The notes beneath the pieces are model-generated. The model was not told the origin of the DNA. It was given only the letters and a program-made list of their open reading frames with translations, and searched no databases. A DNA stretch of 57,490 nucleotides, the filler included, from Platydemus manokwari (Eukaryota), in the NCBI GenBank assembly GCA_037951405.1. It is 5 parts of 5 records of this genome, joined end to end, with 100 filler letters (N's around TTAATTAATTAA, not from the genome) between each part and the next. Parts side by side here need not be neighbours in the genome. Positions count along the whole stretch, not along the records: positions 42,507 to 57,490 come from JBBMOY011363648.1; 4 more parts are not named here. One strand, written 5' to 3'. Below, piece after piece: positions 51,381-57,490 of this stretch (position 1 is the first letter of the stretch; each line of letters starts with the position of its first letter). A program made the position numbers and the translations under genes.

Positions 51381-54300
51381 ATGCGATATATTAAAAAGAG
51401 GAGTTTCAATTTCATTGTATTATATTGGTAAGTACTATATATATAGTTTAAGCAATAAAATATATAATACATTTATATAATACATATAATTTCGTTTAGT
51501 TGCAATATCCTCCTGGGTTACTGTCCACTGACATTAAAACAAATTCCAGGTATTATTTTAAATATTTTGATAATTTTCAGTGGTATAATATAATTGATTT
51601 CCAAGAAATAATTATCCAGTTCCTATTGACATTGTTTACACTTGGGTCAATGGATCAGATTCGAGATTAATAAGTCAACTCAATTATTATAAATCAAATT
51701 TATATCTGGACAGGTTTACAAATTATTTAATATTTTACAATATCCAAATTGTATTTTATTTCAGAAATTTTGATTCTGGTGTTGACGTCAGAAAGTAATT
51801 ATTAGTAGTAATATATTAATAGATATATAATATTATCATTCGATTGAAAGATAAAATTCACGCTGATAGATGCTCGGTTATCAGTTTATGATTGTATATC
51901 AATTGAGTGAATGTTGTTTGTAGCGTGATTATTGATCATTGTAATAATATGATTATGTGTGTGTGCCAGGATATGGAAGCCACTGATGAAACATGTTGGT
52001 GTGCATTGTAATCATTCATTAAAATTCGAGCGTCACGAACCACTTATTTACATGCAAACATCTTTAGTCGACAGCTTAAATGAAATTTTTCATTATCAAT
52101 CATTTAATTCTGAGTATTTTTTCACTTGACAAATGACACGTGCTCACAGTGTTGTTTGATATTCTACTAACGGCAGCATTAAAAATCGCGGTTTTTTTTA
52201 TTTTTCTTTAATCACCAATATTTATGAATAATTTCTTTTATTGACTCACGTGTTAATCTCCTTAATAACACAAGTCCATGATAATGAAATGTAAACACTT
52301 AACAATTATTAATAATATTTTTTATTAAATAATAATAATAATAAATATTATAATTATTCAATAATAATAATAATAGAGTTTATGTTAATAATAATGGTAT
52401 AAATGTGATTATATATAAAGGATTCGCTCTTTCATATAAACAACTAGGCTACAAATGGCCTAATAAAAATGATATAAATGAAAAAATATTTAATTATATC
52501 TTTTGATTTTCGTGATTTTATATATATCCATAAGAAATAAATGTTGGACAGTACGAAATATTAGTTCTAAGCTTTAATATGGGTGTTATATTTTTCATAG
52601 ATTGTACCGAGTGACCACGTTGTTATAATATATTGAATCGATATTATAGATTTCACTGTCCATTTGAGTTATGTGGCTTCAATGATCATTTTCTTGTCTC
52701 ACCTTTACCTGCCATTGAGATAAATAGAAAGAGTTTCATCAATTCTCTAACAGAAACTCTACGAAAAAAGCTTAACATCACCACAATCAAGTTGCGTCTC
52801 ATTCGGATTGCTAGTCAATCAACGTATTCTAGAAAATCTGGATTCGTCTTCAAATCATCTCATTCTATTTCGAGTGGAGTGAACATTCTCCTAGTTTTCC
52901 ATTGATTAATTGAATTTTTCAGATCTTTTTTTTAATCATTCTGAATTTACTCTACCTCTACCAGGTTATTCTGATGTCGTGATTTCTGAAATCTTTATTG
53001 TACGTATCGTATTTTTTTGTATCAATTGGATTTTCTTTTTGATTTAGGCATCGACCAATGAAAAGATGGGATATCCAGTTTCCGATCATGTTTTCATATC
53101 GGGATTTCCCGAGATACGTGATGCTCAAAGTGAAGACATATGGCGCAAAGCCACCTTAAAAATGCTTCCTAATGACACTACAATGGTAAGATCTGGATGG
53201 AATATTGATTTTAAGTTTTAATTATTGAAAATTATTTATTTTCTGATTATTTTTTATTCATTTTTATTCATTGTTAACTGACATTTTATAAATGACAGCT
53301 GATATTTTATGAATAACATCATTTATCAAGTGATAATAATCGATATATAATATAATATTAATAATAATTTTAATAATAACAATTATGATAAAAGTGCATA
53401 ATAAACTGATATGGAATTAAAATGGAATTATAACAGATTCCCATAGCGAAGCGATAAGTAGTAATGAAATTAAGTTAACCGAACGTGAATCAGCACCGAT
53501 TAATGAGTGAATTATAGAATGGTCCACTCAAGCCTCTAATCGACACAGTTGTCATAGAAACAAGCCTGCCAATACCTGCCGAAATATCAATATTTCGGTC
53601 ATGATGCTTTGATAATTCTAAATAATTTTATAATCAAGAATTTTATTATTATTATTAATTTATATTTGAAATCAAATCACATAATAGTTATAACCAGTTT
53701 CATATTTTCGATTTGTGGATAGTTTCTTCAATTCAGAGCTCTCAATATAACTTAGTGATTTGCTAGTAGTCTTGATGCATCTTGAATCATTCAATGAATT
53801 AATAATCTTGTTTGGAATTTCAGAGATACTATTTCTAGCTGGTTGGGAAAACTCCAAAAAATAAATCCAATTTAAAGCTTAATTTCAATTTGAATTTCAT
53901 GCTTATATGTCTGTGCTTCCATCACTGGAATGCTACTAAATTATCAAGTTAAATTTCATTTCTTTAAATAATTATTCTTGTTATGGAAAAGCTACCGTTT
54001 GGTAAAATAGTCGATCTGGAAATGTATTATTTGATAAATATAAAATTAATCGAATTTTAAAATCAATATTTATAATTGTATATGTATTACTTTTAACATT
54101 ATGACTTATTTGCAGTTGCGCTATGATTTTTCGCAGTATCTTATTTTATCAAATAGGTTAAAGCCTCTGCAACTAGTTTCCTTATCGGACTACCTTCAAC
54201 CATGACTGCCGATGTATTTAATCAAACATTCAATGTTTCATCATTGGCTCCAGATCTATTAATTTCTAAGTCGATATTAATTATCGATATCGGCCTTGTT

Positions 54301-57108
54301 TCTGTTCTATCTGATCTATCGGAATCACGATTTCAGGACAATGATGTAAGTGATATTTCGATGATTTTTCCTACCAATATCTGCATCTCAGGAACTGAAA
54401 TATTCTCTGCGATCATTGAGTAAATTCGTTCGATTTTTCCGTCATATATTTATTGTAACAAATGGTCAAATTCCATCCTGGCTCAACAGCGATCATCCTG
54501 GAATCACTGTTTGTGATGATTTAAAATCGAATTGTATTCATTTTTTCCATGTATTTCAATAGGTCATCTCTCATTGGGACATTTTTCCTAATAAGACTGA
54601 TTTACCCACATTCAATTCGGCTGCCATTGAAGCTCAGTTGCATAACATTCCTAATCTCGCTCCTCATTTTATATATCTCAACGATGATGTTTTCTTTGGC
54701 AAAGAGATTTATCCGGAAGACTTTTATTCTCCAAGCACCGGATATAAAGTAAAGATTGGTCATTATTTATGATTCATTTGTTAGTGTTGTGGCATAATTT
54801 GTTGATGATTTCAGAAATATTGATTAATTTTATAGCTTATTTCTTTCACGAGAAGTTGATGCTTGATTAGAAATAACGAAATTGTTATTGTGAAATGAAT
54901 GACATATTTGTCCAATCAGATTCATTTGAAAAAAATCAATCAATCACAGAATTATTGTAGATTATTTCATATCATATATGACAGGGGTGGCCAACCGGTC
55001 TATCTTGAAGCCAATTGTAGTCGATTGCGTGAGATGTTATTCAAATGAAAAGTCGATCTTACGTACACAAAAGTTGGCCACCTCTGATATATGATATGTA
55101 TATAAATTGTGTGTGAATACCATGAAACCATTAGAATATTCGATAAATGCCAGTAACGATATACGATATTATATAATTATTCGAATCCTTTAACATTTGC
55201 GAAACATGCACCAAATTTAGAGCTCAACAATCAAAGAGTTCAATGAAGAAAATAAGAAAATTTTGTAGGCAAGAATTAATTAGAAAATATGTCAATTTAT
55301 TGACGAAAATTCATAAATATTGGTCGCAAAAACGTTGGAAATTTAAGTTTTTTTCTGAAAGTTTTTATGTTTAAAGTTAAGAAAAGGGATTCTAAAATAA
55401 AATTTTAAATTATGTTGAGTGTATTGCAAAAATCTATATAGTTTATTTAATTATATTCAAAATACCTTTAGATTTGATTATTTGAAAAACAGATCAAATT
55501 AGGTTAATTTAACCAGGTGAAAATTAACGAGGATTCCATTTTTTAATATTAGAATTAAATTGAGATATACATTAAATTTTTACAATTATTTGATAAAAAA
55601 AAACAAGTAATATTAGATTATTAAATATGTCACGAGTTTCCTAAGTTTGTTTATAATTAAATAAATTTAAATTTACAAAATCAAAAATCATGTAGGAGTA
55701 TTGTGATATTAATTTGGAATAAAAAAAATATATTCAGTTCTTATGCGAAATCGTAAAAAGTGAGATATTAACTGAATTATACGAATAAATCAGACATGGG
55801 AATTATATATGAAATTGTGCTATAAAACCACGTCATGCGCGAAAATTTATTATTATGAAAATAGATAAAAAGACTCCTTTTTAACTCAAGCCGTTTTTTA
55901 GTGAGTCAGAATTGATAGGGCATGACCAGGAATTGGTTTTATTTTTAAATCCATTAACATTGTTGTATTGAAGTGTACGATTTCTCTCAGGTGTATTTGG
56001 GGTGGTCTGTCCCGAACTGTGTAGATTCTTGTCCGAGCTCTTGGCTAGGAGATGGATACTGTGATCATGACTGCAATGTTGCCGAATGTCAATGGGATTC
56101 TGGTGATTGCATAAAATCTGGAGGCAAACCCGGCATGGTGAACTTTGTCCAAAATATTAATAACAGCCTTCTACAACATGATAATCTTCGATCAGTCTTA
56201 TCAGAACTGGACAGTGTGTCCTGTAGCCATGGTTGCAATAGTAACTGGCTAGCTGATCGATATTGTGATCAGGCTTGCAATGTCAAAAACTGTGGATTTG
56301 ATTTAGGAGACTGTGGTGACGTGAATATTTTTAGTCTACCACGTACCAATATTACACAGGATCGAGGCCAATTGGTAATTGTCGCTAATGGTGAGCCTTT
56401 ACGCTTTTATCCTGAATGATGTTGATTGTTTCGCCTGTCACGGTGGAGAAATTATACAGTTTTATTATAATATTATTTTTGGATTATGGATTATCTTTTT
56501 TCATTTTGTCCTTTCTCTTCTGTAATGCTCTGAGTATCGTCGATTTATATCGAAATAATAAATGGAACTGTATTAATGTTTGTTAATCATTTTGTTAATT
56601 TTTGGATTAATTTTCTTGAGTAATTGTGTTGGATAATTATGCTGTTTAATATAATTATATCAAAAATGAATAATTTTGATCATTTCTTAGGCACTCGAGT
56701 TTTTGTGATTGGACTGCAAAATGTAATCAGTACAAGTGATATTGTTTCTCAGGCAACAATCGATGATGTTAAAGAGATATTTGCTTCTAGTTACGCTGTC
56801 AAATATCGATTTATTATCATTATTTTCAATTATTTGGACTCGTGTAAAGAATGTTTTAATAAATCAGATCAAATTGTCAGACTGAATTTAACATTGTCGA
56901 GCTCTATTAATAATTCCACGAAAAATGTTGATTTGTTGTCAAAGCTATTTGTTTTTTTATTTTCATAATTTTAGATTCTAGTGAACTTGGTCCTTAATTC
57001 TCATGATTTACATATCAATGTATCAACAATCAAAAGTATTAGATCAACGAAACCCGCTACAACATCGCCTTTAATCAATTTAGCTACGAGCCCAGTTCGA
57101 GACATCGA
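51381..57108 (+). CDS. GNPTAB: GlcNAc-1-phosphotransferase alpha/beta precursor, 5' half; well-supported exons include 51620-51713, ~54157-54345, 54392-54508, 54563-54748, 55991-56390; continues right of the window
   Basis: Stealth CR1 VPIDIVYTWVNGSD; CR2 SRFQDND/ELKYSLRSL..RHIFIVTNGQIPSWLN../LPTFNSAAIEAQLHNIPNLAPHFIYLNDDVFFG; two LNR/Notch repeats (CPSSWLGDGYCDHDCNVAECQWDSGDC and CNSNWLADRYCDQACNVKNCGFDLGDC). The first exons are tentative. Confidence 0.95.
54982..55086. mobile_element. hAT (Buster/Charlie-type) MITE, 105 bp, in a GNPTAB intron
   Basis: TIRs caggggtggccaac and gttggccacctctg match at 13 of 14 positions. Perfect 8-bp target-site duplication atatatga at 54974-54981 and 55087-55094. 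Confidence 0.95.
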
Positions 57109-57490
57109 GTATTCCATTGATTTTTAATATTTATGATTTTTTTTTGGTTTATGGATTATTGATTTTTAAACATTGCCGATTTTTAAATATCATTAGTAGA
57201 TTTCAATATGATTTCTGTTTATTAAAATATTAAGTATTCAAGCAAAAGGTATAATTTTCAAAAATATCTTTCATTTAAGTTTATCTCTTCATCGACGGGT
57301 TTTTATCTTAACTGAATTCTTATATTTTGAAATCAATCGGGAAATATTATTGATTTTCTTTCATTTGTTTTTGAATTTAATTGAATGAAATAATTTAATG
57401 GCAAAATGTTTCGATTTTATTTTTTGCAATTAATCAACTTTCGTGATTTTTTATAATTTTTTCACATTTTTACGCTATTACCATTAACAT

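Noticed and set aside
1-57490. Reassigned stop codons (alternative genetic code)
   Set aside because: In-frame stops occur only in decayed elements that also have frameshifts. Conserved genes read cleanly and end with TAG (TBC1D23, COA5), TAA (ALG13, channel) or TGA (HSD17B10).

Overview
AT-rich metazoan (invertebrate-type) nuclear DNA made of five contigs joined by four artificial 100-nt spacers (N44-TTAATTAATTAA-N44). Recognisable genes, most with very short 41-55 nt introns: NFXL1 (5' part, minus), TBC1D23 (plus), a divergent HSD17B10-like SDR (minus), an intronless anion-type Cys-loop channel (minus), COA5/PET191 (plus, missed by the ORF track), ALG13 (plus) and the 5' half of GNPTAB (plus). 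Intergenic DNA holds decayed mobile elements (Ty3/gypsy, LTR-like repeats, mariner, hAT, MITEs, Polinton/Maverick fragments, probable Penelope) and an orphan, deletion-riddled 28S rRNA pseudogene. The main finding is that COA5 and ALG13 overlap on one spliced unit. ALG13 has no in-frame AUG upstream of its conserved N-terminus in its own exon. Its only candidate AUGs lie inside COA5 exon 2 in the +1 frame, which suggests a bicistronic, dual-coding mRNA translated by leaky scanning. All gene models and family calls were made by eye, without database searches.
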